DNA from: Callorhinchus milii
Taxonomy: Eukaryota
Length of the DNA: 64,000 nucleotides
Assembly: GCF_018977255.1 (NCBI RefSeq)
Contig: NW_024704742.1
Span: 37,758,001-37,822,000 of the forward strand
Reading direction: 5' to 3'
A program made the translations under genes and the position numbers. Below the pieces are notes generated by a model, which did not search any database, was not told the DNA's origin, and saw nothing but the letters and a program-made list of their open reading frames with translations. Below, piece after piece: positions 27,123-40,740 of the stretch; position 1 is the first letter of the stretch, and each line of letters opens with the position of its first letter.

Positions 27123-27648
27123 CGGGGACCCACGGACACTGGGGGGGACCCACGGACACTGGGGGGGACCCCCGGACACTGGGGGGGATCCCCGGACATT
27201 GGGGGGGGGAACCCCGGACACTGTGGGGGGGAACCCTGGACACTGGGGGGGACCCCCGGACACTGGGGGGGGGACCCCCGGACACTGTGGGGGGGGACCC
27301 CCAGACACTGGGGGGGGGGACCCCCGGACACTGGGGGGGACCCCCGGACACTGGGGGGGGGACCCCCGGACACTGGGGACCCCCGGAAACTGGGGACCCC
27401 CGGACACTGGGGGGGGAGACCCCCGGACACTGGGGGGGGGGACTCCCGGACACTGGGGACCCCCGGACACTGGGGGGGGAACCCCGGACACTGGGGGCGG
27501 AACCCCGGACACTGGGGAACCCCCGGACACTGTGGGGGGGGACCCCCGGACACTGGGGGGACCCCCGGACACTGGGGAGCCCCGGAAACTGGGGACCCCC
27601 GGACACTGGGGGGGGGGGACCCCCGGACACTGGGGACCCCCGGACACT
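27123..27648. repeat. GC-rich minisatellite (CCCCGGACACTGGGGGGA, variable G and C runs) in ACAT2 intron 1
   Basis: About 25 tandem units of roughly 19-24 bp read directly. Confidence 0.95.
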
Positions 27649-27880
27649 GTGTGTGTGTGTGGAGGCGCTGCTCTGGAGGCGGATTTCCAGCAAACAGCTG
27701 AAGGATAATTGAAGTTGTTTGTGCGGGGCCTTAACCATCACTATTACCATCACCACAGCGCCCCCCCCCGAGCCCCCTGCCCCCCCAGCTCCCTGCCCCC
27801 CCCCCCTGCCCCCCCCCTGCCCCCCTGCACCCCCTGCCCCCCACAGCCCCTGCCGGGGAGATAGGTTGAGGGATTGGGGA

Positions 27881-27911
<31 letters not shown>

Positions 27912-28163
27912 GGGCAAAAGATGCTGTTAAGGGTGGCTGGGGGTGGGGAAAGGGGGACTGTGGCTGAGCTTGGCAGTCAGTGCTGTGAAGATGGAAGAAC
28001 GTCAACTTGATAAGACCCCAGATGAAAGGTTGAAGATGAGGTTTGAATAAATCGTTGGTTTGATATTCTGTACTGTCTCCGTGAGCTGACGTGAGCCAAT
28101 GCCTGAAGTGCGGAGATGCTGACGGGAGCCAAGCAGGAAAGCCTTTGTCTTGTCAACATGATA

Positions 28164-28335
28164 AACATAAGAAATAGGAGCAGGAGTAGGCCATTCGGCC
28201 CCTCAAGCCTGCCCCGCCATTTAATAAGACCATGGCTGATCTTCTAACCTAATTCCAGTTACCCGCCCTATCCCCATATCCCTTTATCCTTTAGGTTTTA
28301 AAAATCAATCTCAGTCTTGAATATGTTCAATGACA
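28164..28335 (-). mobile_element. CR1 3' tail fragment
   Basis: Closely matches 10755-10925 (AACATAAGAAATAGGAGCAGGAGTAGGCCATTCGGCCCCTCAAG). Confidence 0.85.
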
Positions 28336-29895
28336 TCCTGATGGAAGAGCTCCCTCTTTCACCAATACTGGTGCCAGTGGTCCACAAAATAAGGCATTAT
28401 ACAAATGCAAGTTCTTCCTTTTCTCCAGCCAGATCTTGTTGCATGTGGAGTCCCAGTACACAGCAAGTACACTTAGCTAAAACCTGCTTCTTTTAATCAC
28501 AGGCTCCACATGTGGTTCCAATGCGAGTTGGGGTCAAAGTAGGAGACATGTTCCTTCAGGATACCATTCTGTGTGATGGCCAAATGGATGCCTTTTATAA
28601 CTACCACATGGGTGTAACAGGTAAGAACTGTCACTGAATAAATACAAGGTTTGCATTTAAGTACTGGAAATTAATTGCATTTCCCTCTGTTTTCTAACCT
28701 CTCTGAGGATCTGTGGTGTTTAGTTCTAAGGCTACCAGCTGCCCTCCAGTATCTCATTAAAGTGGCCGTACTTCATGTGTGAATCCGAGTGGTAAAGGGT
28801 CACTGGGCTGTTTGACCATGAGAGGAGATGGAATATCACAGACAAGTCTCTTCCTGTCCACACACAAGCACCTTCCAGCCAGGACCATTGAATGTGATAA
28901 GAAGTGGGAACACTGGCTGTATTTTTCCTCCTACTTATACAAACTAATTGTAACATCCCATCTGCTGCCAAGCTGAGACCAGGTAACCTGGCACAAATCT
29001 GGGTCTTCCAAGTCTCAGTTCAACGCCAGGCAGTGCCTTTGTCAACCAAGTGCTCAAAGAGAGCAGCTTGGGAATGGAGCAATCTATATGCAGGGTTTGA
29101 TAAATTTATAAGATAGTATTGTTCTGATTAAAAATGGGGGGCGTTATTTGAATAGAAAATGTTCTTTTTGTTTCTATTTAATCATGTATTGTAACCATTT
29201 CTTAAAATTAGATACTGAAATAATGGGCACAATGTGTTTGAGCTCAGATTGCAATCCAAAGTGCCTGTTCCCAGCCTCCAAGACACAGTCGTGTATTAAC
29301 TACCTCAGCTGTGGAGGTGCTCATCGATGATTGGAAAAATGTGAACAAATTTACTGGAACAAACCTGAATCCTTTCTGAAGTTCAAAATATGGAGGAGGT
29401 TAATTCTGTTCTGAACTGTAAAGGGAACATGACTGTTGACTAAAGATGCTCCTACAAAATACACAGTCACTACACACTTCATAGTTGTGAAGCACTTTAA
29501 ACATCCTCGCGAATAGAAACATACTATTCTTGGTGGAGACCCAGGCATCCTACATGGCTCAGCCAACTTAAGACCAAAAGATTCTGTGGTTGAATTCCTT
29601 GGAAGCTCAAGCTTTTAACCTTTTTAGAGCAACAATATATCTTTAAAATTATCCTCTGTGGTGACAGATAAGCAAAGTCACCCGAGGGCAGTACTTTTAC
29701 ACTGTGATGACTGGCCTAACAGAAGCCAGGAAGGTGTGTGTTATCCTAAAACCACCTTGGAGGGTGTGAATGTGTGAACCAAAGCTGTGCAAGCTCATAG
29801 AACGGACGTAGATGTAAAGTAGCATGTTACTTGATAGCCATCATTATGTATAGCTACGGTCTCTTGGCCATGCACATATTTATATAAAGGTTTGA

Positions 29896-30192
<297 letters not shown>

Positions 30193-30795
30193 TAGGAGAA
30201 GGTTTCAGAAAGTTGCATATTCTAAGCTTTTTCAAGCCTCAAAAACAAATGTCATAGAGGGGACCTCTATAGAGGTATATAAGATGCTGAATGAGATTGA
30301 GAAAGTAAACCTACAATAATATATTCAGATATACCAAGCCAGCAGAAAACAAGGTACAGGTTCAGAGTTGTAAAGGACATTATTTAGGACACACAACAAG
30401 AAGTGTTTCTTTACACGTTGCTGCAACTGCAGTAGATTACCAGGAGGGATGGCAGAAGCTAGGTTGCTGGACACTTTTTAAAAAAAACTATGCGGTAATG
30501 AGAGATGATAGCATGGATATTCTGGAAGGCTCAGATTGAATAGGCCGAAAGGTTTTATTTATCCAAACCTCTTTTGTGATCTTATGTCATCCAGTCTGCC
30601 CTAAACCCTATGGGCTTGCAAGAGGTCTTCCAAACTATTTGGCACTCAACCAGACAGAGGCCAACATTATTCACTTCGACTAACATATGTGCCACACTTG
30701 TTTTTAAATGTATAACACTTATAATGAAATTAAAATTTTATTTGGTACTATTGTGTAGCCTCGAAGTGCTACATTTTAATTAGGAGCCTTAATAA

Positions 30796-30975
<180 letters not shown>

Positions 30976-30978
30976 TAA

Positions 30979-31257
<279 letters not shown>

Positions 31258-31635
31258 TAACCAGACTCAGACATGTTCATTTATTAGCACAACTCTACTT
31301 TTATATGGTGTTTCCTGTTTTGGGAATGGGCTATCCTGCAAGTGAGAGAATTGGCAGCTATTCTGCCCCCAGGACTCTGCTATTGTTTTTTAAGCACCTG
31401 CAGGAGACGAGACTGGGGTCATGGCTCAACTCCAGGTATCTCCCTTTCCCATTTGGAAAAGGTCTGCTCGGTCACTCCTCACATGGCTGATATCATTGAC
31501 TGAGGAGCGGTCAAATTGTGTCCCCCTGAAGTAGGGTCAAGTAGATTGTTTTCTTTTCAACCAATGATTCACCCACTGTGCATTCCATCATCTTCAGATT
31601 CAAGGGTAATGACTTAGATTTACTATTTATTCTAG

Positions 31636-31791
<156 letters not shown>

Positions 31792-32189
31792 TGATCCTTT
31801 TTACTTCCTGATTCACCCAATGGGTCAATGTGGGATGTAATAAAACAACAAATTGCATTTATAAAGCGCCTTTCATGTCGGGAGGATGTCCCAAGCCACT
31901 GCAGTCGAGGGTTTGCATCCAAGCTGGGGTTGGATTCGGGAGGGATGGGGGCCAGGAAGATGACCGGTCAGAGGAAGGTTTTGAGGACCTTGAAGGAGGT
32001 AAGGGAGAGTTGAGGTGATAGGGCTCTCGTTGGAGTTCCACAAAGTGAGAGCAGATAGGCTGAAAGCCTGACTGCTGATGGTAGGATAGGCAGGGGACCT
32101 GAAGCAGGCCAGTGGAGTAAGGAGAAAATTAGGGAAAAGGTTTTCCCTCTTTTTTTAAAAAAATGCATTTTTTGTGTTTGTCTTTCTAG

Positions 32190-32357
<168 letters not shown>

Positions 32358-32705
32358 TAAATTACACCTAAATTTTACTACAAGAACTGAAGATACTCTG
32401 CAGCTAAGCTACTGACTGGATAAAATTGAGCTTTTATTTTAGAGGTTACAGCCTGATTCCAATGAAATGTAGGTGCATTTTGTTTTTATAATGAATGTGT
32501 AAAGTAGGTAGGTTTTAAAACTATTCAAAACTTCAGTCCACATAAAATGGTTCTGAAAATTAGTGTAACTTTTAAATATTTGATTAAAAGTACTGAAGTT
32601 TGAAATCATAGTAATATTGTGTATGTGGAATCCATACTTTTGTTAAAATTCATAAACTCCTTCCTATTATCTCTCAATTCAGATTGACCATTTTTTTCTT
32701 TATGA

Positions 32706-32711
32706 AATAAA
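32706..32711 (+). terminator. Candidate ACAT2 polyadenylation signal
   Basis: AATAAA about 345 bp after the stop codon. Confidence 0.4.
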
Positions 32712-33113
32712 TTGCTCAATGTACCATTGCTGAATCTTGTAAACTGACTCTCAAATTACATCAAGTGCCAGTATTTATAGAAGGGCAAGATGGTTGAATA
32801 CATGTGAGAAAGCAGGGGAACATTCATTGTATTTTAATTTTGCTTTAATTGATTTACAAATGCTGCCCTAATACTTTTGAGCATTTTATCATTCCCCATG
32901 GTAAGATCAGCAACCAAGAATCAGAGAGGTTACTTATTTGGGGAGATAATAATCATCCTTGTATTTGATATAGTGCCTTATTACATCCTTCCCCAGTAGT
33001 ATTTTTAATTAATGTTTTCCCCAGTGAATTTGTGTGAGGGAGAAATCATGTCCACAATGAAATAACATACACAATTAATTAGATTTGAAAAGACCAGAAG
33101 CACAACATCAACG

Positions 33114-33119
33114 TTTATT
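33114..33119 (-). terminator. Candidate TCP1 polyadenylation signal
   Basis: AATAAA on the minus strand about 360 bp after the TCP1 stop, followed by a GT-rich tract. Confidence 0.45.
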
Positions 33120-33477
33120 CATGAAATTAAGGTGGTCTCTTAACAGCTCCCTACATAGATGGGCTGATCACTTGACAACTGTCACATTTTATTTCTGAAG
33201 GAGCTTGAAGCACAACTGTCAATGTACAGGAAATAATTTTGCACAAATAACTTGAAAGAGTTGACTATAGGTAACAAAGTAAGAGGTCTTTTAAATCCGG
33301 TTTGTGCCAAATAGCACTAAACAAGCATAGTAAATTAAACAGAGCACTAAACAAGTGGCACTGAATTTCAGACAAGTATGACAAGCTGCTCAATCTAGAA
33401 CAGAAGTACAAGAAGCACCTGATGGATGCCAAGAGTTAAACATAAATTATAATAGCTGATTTTAGAACTCAGGTGCT

Positions 33478-36037
33478 TCAGCCATTAAGCTCTCCACTTT
33501 GAACTGCATCTTGGTAACTCTTTCCTTTGTCTTGCTTTTCATCTGGGTAAAGTTTGATGAGATCATCAATTCGCAGGATGGTTATAGCAGCTTCTGTTGC
33601 AAACTTCAGACTCTTGACTTTAACCATAGTAGGCTCAAAGACACCAGCTTGTTTGTTGTCCCTTGGCTTCCCATTCAATAAATCAAGACCAATCCTGCAC
33701 AAACAAAATGTGAATTTGATTAACACTGTTTTAATAGCCAGTCACTACAATATTAGTAAAACATTCATAATTTCCGATTGAATTCTGACAACTCAGCCAT
33801 AAAAGTTACTTTAACAAGATGGAGAAAATCAATTTTGCACTTTACTGCTATCTGGGGCACCAGGTCACCAAAAATCAATGATTGCTCATGAATTGCAACA
33901 ATGTTCAAATTTAGTTTCATCGCTGATTCAGACAACAATGGGTCTCAAGTCACAATCTTTTGCAGACCACAGTACAATAAAATTTTTACCATTTCAAAGT
34001 TTTGCGATCAGGATTGACCTGAGCTTCGTTGTGGAATGCACGCAACTTTGCAACAAGGTCTGTAGAATCCTGAGCAGCATTCACTGCCAGAGTCTTAGGA
34101 ATAACCAACATGGCCCGGGCAAATTCTGCAATGGCAAGTTGTTCACGTGATCCCTAAACAAAAAGACAACCAACAGTTAAATACATGAAGTACTTTTAAC
34201 TTATTTTCTTAAAATAATTTTTAATACTGCAAATTAATAGGGACAGTAATCCCTGGTTAATCAGCTCAAAGCATACGTTAAAAGTGCCCTCCCCCAATAA
34301 TCTTGAAATACAATTAAACCCATACCAAACTAGTTGCATAGTTTTCCAGGTAGATGGAGAGTGCAGCTTCCACAGCCCCACCTCCTGGAACTAAAGACTT
34401 GGACTCAAGCACTCTCTTCACAACACAGAGTGCTTCATGTCGGGAGCGCTCCATCTCATCACACATGAAATCATTTGCTCCTCGCAGAATGATTGATGCA
34501 GAATTACGGGCCTTTGTACTGAAAATACAAATTAAACTTTACAACAATAGTACTTGTGAGGGTTGGGTTAAACTCATTTTAAAATGTCAGCATCAATTTA
34601 TACCTCACTTTTAGAAATCAGAATCTAGATCCCTTTTTCAATCACAAACATTGTGTGCACTGCTCCTGAATGAACAATACCTATTGCTTATATACTGTTA
34701 TGCAAAGCAATATTCATTGCCGACTTAAACCAGGAATAGATGTGACAGTTCTACTTTCATCAGCAAACTGCTTAGATTATATTTATATGCACAACAAATT
34801 TAATCTGCATCTGTGCAGTCAATATAAAAAAAATTACAAACCATTACAATCCCAACATCTTTTTCAATTCTGCAACACTAACAGTAACATTACAAGATAC
34901 TACACTGTATACATTGGAGATAATTTTTTATGTTCAGCTAATGCATTACTGAGAAGACATCAGCAAGGTCTTCAGTCACACAAGGCTGAATATTCTCTAT
35001 CCCAAGCGTACAACTGCTCATGCCACAGATATTAGCAGGGCAGCAAATAAATGGGAGTTCAGTAAGTTGTACATGTTTTTCTTACTTTTTAACAAGTATC
35101 AGTTCATCATCGCATATCCTTTCTTGAACCACCTCCTCAGCTTGGCCCACTAAAGAGGGATCAAAACTCTCATCTCCTTCCAAGTTTGCAAGAGTTGAAC
35201 AGATAGTTGCTATAAACAAAAACAGGTAAAAATCATCAGAATAGGTTTCTCAGTCCAAGACACCCTTTTCTGATTTACGTGACTTTTAACACTTCAACAA
35301 AATTACATTTGTATAGCGCCTTTCATGTCGGGAGGACGTCAGAATCACTAGGAAAATTCCAGCTGATTCCGAATGCCAACCTTTCAAAATTGAATGACAT
35401 TAATATTGGACATTAAACTCGATAGCTTGTCACTCCAAGGGTAAAGAGCTGAGCAATAAGTTATCCGGAGTAGCGAGTTTGATAAAGGTCCTCCCAGCTG
35501 CTCCGTGGCTTTTGGCCCTATCCTGTCACACGATAAGATGTAAGACAGCGTAGCAGGCCACGGCTTAGCCTCTGCAACGCATCTGAGCATAGGCACCCAA
35601 CCTCCGCTACCAATCACAGCATCGGGCTGGAGGCCTTTGTAATGCAAGATGCCATATTACAGAACGAGTTATCAGATCAATTTTCGACTAAGAAGATAGC
35701 GAATAAGCTATTTTCTGCTCGCTGGATTCAAACAATCTGAGTCAGTCATAGTGGCTATCACTAGCCATTATGAATGTCAGCACAGACAGAGGCTACTCAG
35801 TGCACCATTGATCCGCGCTAGGAGTTGGGCCCACAGAATAAAATTAATGTTTTTGGTTTTGGGCCTCGTCCAACCAGGTCGGAATTCCGGATAACTGGAG
35901 TCCAATAAGGCAGGGGATCACTAGTTTGAAAGTATGTATAATTCAAAACAGTAACCTAGTAAAAAAAATTGCTGCACTTACCTCCACTGGCCTTAACAAT
36001 TCGTCTGAGGTCTTTCTTCAGACAACGGCGTAATGCC
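33478..36037 (-). pseudogene. TCP1: TCP1 (CCT-alpha) 3' fragment copy A: partial exon 8 and exons 9-12
   Basis: Exon 12 33478-33694 (IGLDL...FATEAAITILRIDDLIKL), exon 11 33990-34153, exon 10 34326-34518, exon 9 35086-35209, exon 8 remnant 35982-36037 (ALRRCLKKDLRRIVKASG). Canonical splice sites. Exon 8 is cut by a minisatellite; ERSLHDA is changed to ERSRHEA. Confidence 0.92.
34928..35058 (-). ncRNA. SNORA20: Box H/ACA snoRNA, SNORA20 orthologue, copy 1
   Basis: Minus strand: CTCCCATTTATTTGCTGC...GAGCAGTTGTACGCTTGGGAT (hairpin 1), H box AGAGAA, TTCAGC...GCTGAA (hairpin 2), ACA plus 3 nt. About 131 nt, in TCP1 intron 9, where SNORA20 is hosted in human. The 5' half matches recalled human SNORA20. 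Confidence 0.9.
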
Positions 36038-36084
36038 CTGCAGGGACCTGCGCTGCAGGGACCTGCGCTGCAGGGACCTGCCCT
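36036..36084. repeat. 15-bp minisatellite (CTGCAGGGACCTGCG)x3 capping truncated TCP1 exon 8
   Basis: Read directly; same length again at 39508, 42400, 47756, 51175, 61049 and 63925. Confidence 0.93.
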
Positions 36085-37275
36085 ACATCCTCCCATCACA
36101 GCATCAAGCTAATTCTAAATATATCCAATATATCAAGCAGGAAGTACATCATCCAACCCCAGGAACTCTAAATTTAGAGTAGAGTTCCAACAGATATCTA
36201 CGATTATCATAGATATACCTTTGGTCACTGGAAAGAGTTCCCACTTTATTTCCTAAAACTAGTTTGTCCTAAAAATATAATAAATTTGAACTTGTAAAAA
36301 ATATATAGGGATGGAAATGTTTTCATACCATAAATAATCGCCCAAATAATTGTTGCATTTGATATAGTGGTTAGAACACTGAAACATCTCAAAGCACTTC
36401 ACATATAATTGCTGTCAAATGTAATGACTGTATATTTGTAAATAGTTGCAACATCCTTCTGACACAGAGACAAGATTGCTACCAACTGAGCTCAGTTGAC
36501 AAATAATAAATAGAGGCCAGAAATGTTTTTAAGTTTTGGTACAGAATTCTTTGAAAGTAAAGTAACTATTGTAATTACTTTACAGGAATAAAGCTACTCC
36601 TGAGAGTTTAAATAATTATAATATTCCTTGCATTTGATATCATGCCTTTCATGTCGGGAGGTTGTCACAAAGCGTTTCACAGGATTTATTTTAAAGTATA
36701 GTGACTGAACTGAGATCTCGAGAGCAGCTGGCAGTCAAATGACAAAGAATGGAAAACAGGTATTTAAAAACCAAAGTCAGATGATGCTCTAACGGCCCAC
36801 TGGGTAAAAGTACCAACTGCCGTAGCATTAAACCTTGCATTTGATATAGTGCATTTAATATAGAATCTCAGGAATGTCACAAGTTTGATCTCAATAAGAA
36901 CTACTCCGAGATGCAATACCATGCGAAGGCTGCTATGTAAATGCAGGTTGTTGTTGTTGCTTTGGGTTATTATGACTGGTCTCAGAGTCCCTGGCTTGGG
37001 AGAGTTCATGCTTCTGACTGACTCTCTTGCCCCATTGGAACCTGAGCATGGTCACAAGATGTCAGGTAATTTTAGGGTCAGCCTTATCACAAGATTGGTC
37101 TGGATTGACAACAATCACTCTCGCTCTCAAGGCTCACTCACAAAGAATGAGCACTAATGGAGATGGAGGAAGGTAACTGGTGCCTATAGAACTGTAACCC
37201 AGCAAAGGATCACCTGAAAACAACAAGACAACAACAACAAGATAGCATTTATAGAGCGCCTTTCATGTCGGGAAG

Positions 37276-37950
37276 CCCTTGCAGGGACCGGCCCTTGCAG
37301 GGACCGGCCCTTGCAGGGACCGGCCCTTGCAGGGACCGGCCCTTGCAGGGACCGGCCCTTGCGGGACCGCCCTTGCAGGGACCGGCCCTTGCAGGGACCG
37401 GCCCTTGCAGGGACCGGCCCTTGCAGGGACCGGCCCTTGCAGGGACCGGCCCTTGCAGGGACCGGCCCTTGCAGGGACCGGCCCTTGCAGGGACCGGCCC
37501 TTGCAGGGACCGGCCCTTGCAGGGACCGGCCCTTGCAGGGACCGGGCGCCCTTGCAGGGACCGGCCCTTGCAGGGACCGGCCCTTGCAGGGACCGGCCCT
37601 TGCTGGGACCGGCCCTTGCTGGGACCGGCCCTTGCTGGGACCGGCCCTTGCTGGGACCGGCCCTTGCTGGGACCGGCCCTTGCTGGGACCGGCCCTGGAC
37701 CGGCCCTTGCTGGGACCGGCCCTTGCTGGGACCGGCCCTTGCTGGGACCGGCCCTTGCTGGGACCGGCCCTTGCAGGGACCGGCCCTTGCTGGGACCGGC
37801 CCTTGCTGGGACCGGCCCTTGCAGGGACCGGCCCTTGCTGGGACCGGCCCTTGCTGGGACCGGCCCTTGCAGGGACCGGCCCTTGCAGGGACCGGCCCTT
37901 GCAGGGACCGGCCCTTGCAGGGACCGGCCCTTGCAGGGACCGGCCCTTGC
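37276..37950. repeat. 16-bp minisatellite (CCCTTGCAGGGACCGG), ~42 units with TTGCTGGG variants
   Basis: Read directly. Confidence 0.97.
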
Positions 37951-39508
37951 AAATCATTTGCTCCTCGCAGAATGATTGATGCAGAAGTACGGGCCTTTGT
38001 ACTGAAAAATACAAATTAAACTTTACAACAATAGTACTTGTGAGGGTTGGGTTAAACTCATTTTAAAATGTCAGCATCAATTTATACCTCACTTTTAGAA
38101 ATCAGAATCTAGATCCCTTTTTCAATCACAAACATTGTGTGCACTGCTCCTGAATGAACAATACCTATTGCTTATATACTGTTATGCAAAGCAATATTCA
38201 TTGCCGACTTAAACCAGGAATAGATGTGACAGTTCTACTTTCATCAGCAAACTGCTTAGATTATATTTATATGCACAACAAAATTAATCTGCATCTGTGC
38301 AGTCAATATAAAAAAAATTCAACCCCATTACAATCCCAACACCTTTTTCAATTCTGCAACACTAACAGTAACATTACAAGATACTACACTGTATACATTG
38401 GAGATAATTTTTTATGTTCAGCTAATGCATTACTGAGAAGACATCAGCAAGGTCTTCAGTCACACAAGGCTGAATATTCTCTATCCCAAGCGTACAACTG
38501 CTCATGCCACAGATATTAGCAGGGCAGCAAATAAATGGGAGTTCAGTAAGTTGTACATGTTTTTCTTACTTTTTAACAAGTATCAGTTCATCATCGCATA
38601 TCCTTTCTTGAACCACCTCCTCAGCTTGGCCCACTAAAGAGGGATCAAAACTCTCATCTCCTTCCAAGTTTGCAAGAGTTGAACAGATAGTTGCTATAAA
38701 CAAAAACAGGTAAAAATCATCAGAATAGGTTTCTCAGTCCAAGACACCCTTTTCTGATTTACGGACTTTTAACACTTCAACAAAATTACATTTGTATAGC
38801 GCCTTTCATGTCGGGAGGACGTCAGAATCACTAGGAAAATTCCAGCTGATTCCGAATGCCAACCTTTCAAAATTGAATGACATTAATATTGGACATTAAA
38901 CTCGATAGCTTGTCACTCCAAGGGTAAAGAGCTGAGCAATAAGTTATCCGGAGTAGCGAGTTTGATAAAGGTCCTCCCAGCTGCTCCGTGGCTTTTGGCC
39001 CTATCCTGTCACACGATAAGATGTAAGACAGCGTAGCAGGCCTCTGCAACGCATCTGAGCATAGGCACCCAACCTCCGCTACCAATCACAGCATCGGGCT
39101 GGAGGCCTTTGTAATGCAAGATGCCATATTACAGAACGAGTTATCAGATCAATTTTCGACTAAGAAGATAGCGAATAAGCTATTTTCTGCTCGCTGGATT
39201 CAAACAATCTGAGTCAGTCATAGTGGCTATCACTAGCCATTATGAATGTCAGCACAGACAGAGGCTACTCAGTGCACCATTGATCCGCGCTAGGAGTTGG
39301 GCCCACAGAATAAAATTAATGTTTTTGGTTTTGGGCCTCGTCCAACCAGGTCGGAATTCCGGATAACTGGAGTCCAATAAGGCAGGGGATCACTAGTTTG
39401 AAAGTATGTATAATTCAAAACAGTAACCTAGTAAAAAAAATTGCTGCACTTACCTCCACTGGCCTTAACAATTCGTCTGAGGTCTTTCTTCAGACAACGG
39501 CGTAATGC
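37951..39508 (-). pseudogene. TCP1: TCP1 internal fragment (partial exon 8 to partial exon 10), unit 2
   Basis: Copy of 34468-36036. Confidence 0.9.
38412..38542 (-). ncRNA. SNORA20: SNORA20 copy 2
   Basis: Same sequence as copy 1 by eye; flanking splice sites retained. Confidence 0.88.
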
Positions 39509-40740
39509 CCTGCAGGGACCTGCGCTGCAGGGACCTGCGCTGCAGGGACCTGCCCTACATCCTCCCATCACAGCATCAAGCTAATTCTAAATATATCCAA
39601 TATATCAAGCAGGAAGTACATCATCCAACCCCAGGAACTCTAAATTTAGAGTAGAGTTCCAACAGATATCTACGATTATCATAGATATACCTTTGGTCAC
39701 TGGAAAGAGTTCCCACTTTATTTCCTAAAACTAGTTTGTCCTAAAAATATAATAAATTTGAACTTGTAAAAAATATATAGGGATGGAAATGTTTTCATAC
39801 CATAAATAATCGCCCAAATAATTGTTGCATTTGATATAGTGGTTAGAACACTGAAACATCTCAAAGCACTTCACATATAATTGCTGTCAAATGTAATGAC
39901 TGTATATTTGTAAATAGTTGCAACATCCTTCTGACACAGAGACAAGATTGCTACCAACTGAGCTCAGTTGACAAATAATAAATAGAGGCCAGAAATGTTT
40001 TTAAGTTTTGGTACAGAATTCTTTGAAAGTAAAGTAACTATTGTAATTACTTTACAGGAATAAAGCTACTCCTGAGAGTTTAAATAATTATAATATTCCT
40101 TGCATTTGATATCATGCCTTTCATGTCGGGAGGTTGTCACAAAGCGTTTCACAGGATTTATTTTAAAGTATAGTGACTGAACTGAGATCTCGAGAGCAGC
40201 TGGCAGTCAAATGACAAAGAATGGAAAACAGGTATTTAAAAACCAAAGTCAGATGATGCTCTAACGGCCCACTGGGTAAAAGTACCAACTGCCGTAGCAT
40301 TAAACCTTGCATTTGATATAGTGCATTTAATATAGAATCTCAGGAATGTCACAAGTTTGATCTCAATAAGAACTACTCCGAGATGCAATACCATGCGAAG
40401 GCTGCTATGTAAATGCAGGTTGTTGTTGTTGCTTTGGGTTATTATGACTGGTCTCAGAGTCCCTGGCTTGGGAGAGTTCATGCTTCTGACTGACTCTCTT
40501 GCCCCATTGGAACCTGAGCATGGTCACAAGATGTCAGGTAATTTTAGGGTCAGCCTTATCACAAGATTGGTCTGGATTGACAACAATCACTCTCGCTCTC
40601 AAGGCTCACTCACAAAGAATGAGCACTAATGGAGATGGAGGAAGGTAACTGGTGCCTATAGAACTGTAACCCAGCAAAGGATCACCTGAAAACAACAAAA
40701 CAACAACAACAAGATAGCATTTATAGAGCGCCATTCAGCG

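Noticed and set aside
26388-28005. Pro/Gly-rich ORFs of 170-420 aa
   Set aside because: GC-rich minisatellite read-through into an L2 fragment; only 27032-27083 is a real exon.
34670-35035. 121 aa ORF repeated eight times
   Set aside because: Antisense to TCP1 intron 9 and the snoRNA; recurrence reflects recent duplication, not coding constraint.
36085-37230. Second snoRNA (SNORA29) or upstream TCP1 exons in the spacer
   Set aside because: No recognisable H/ACA layout or TCP1 peptide; it contains SINE/L2 tail scraps and short palindromes only. An Rfam scan would settle it.
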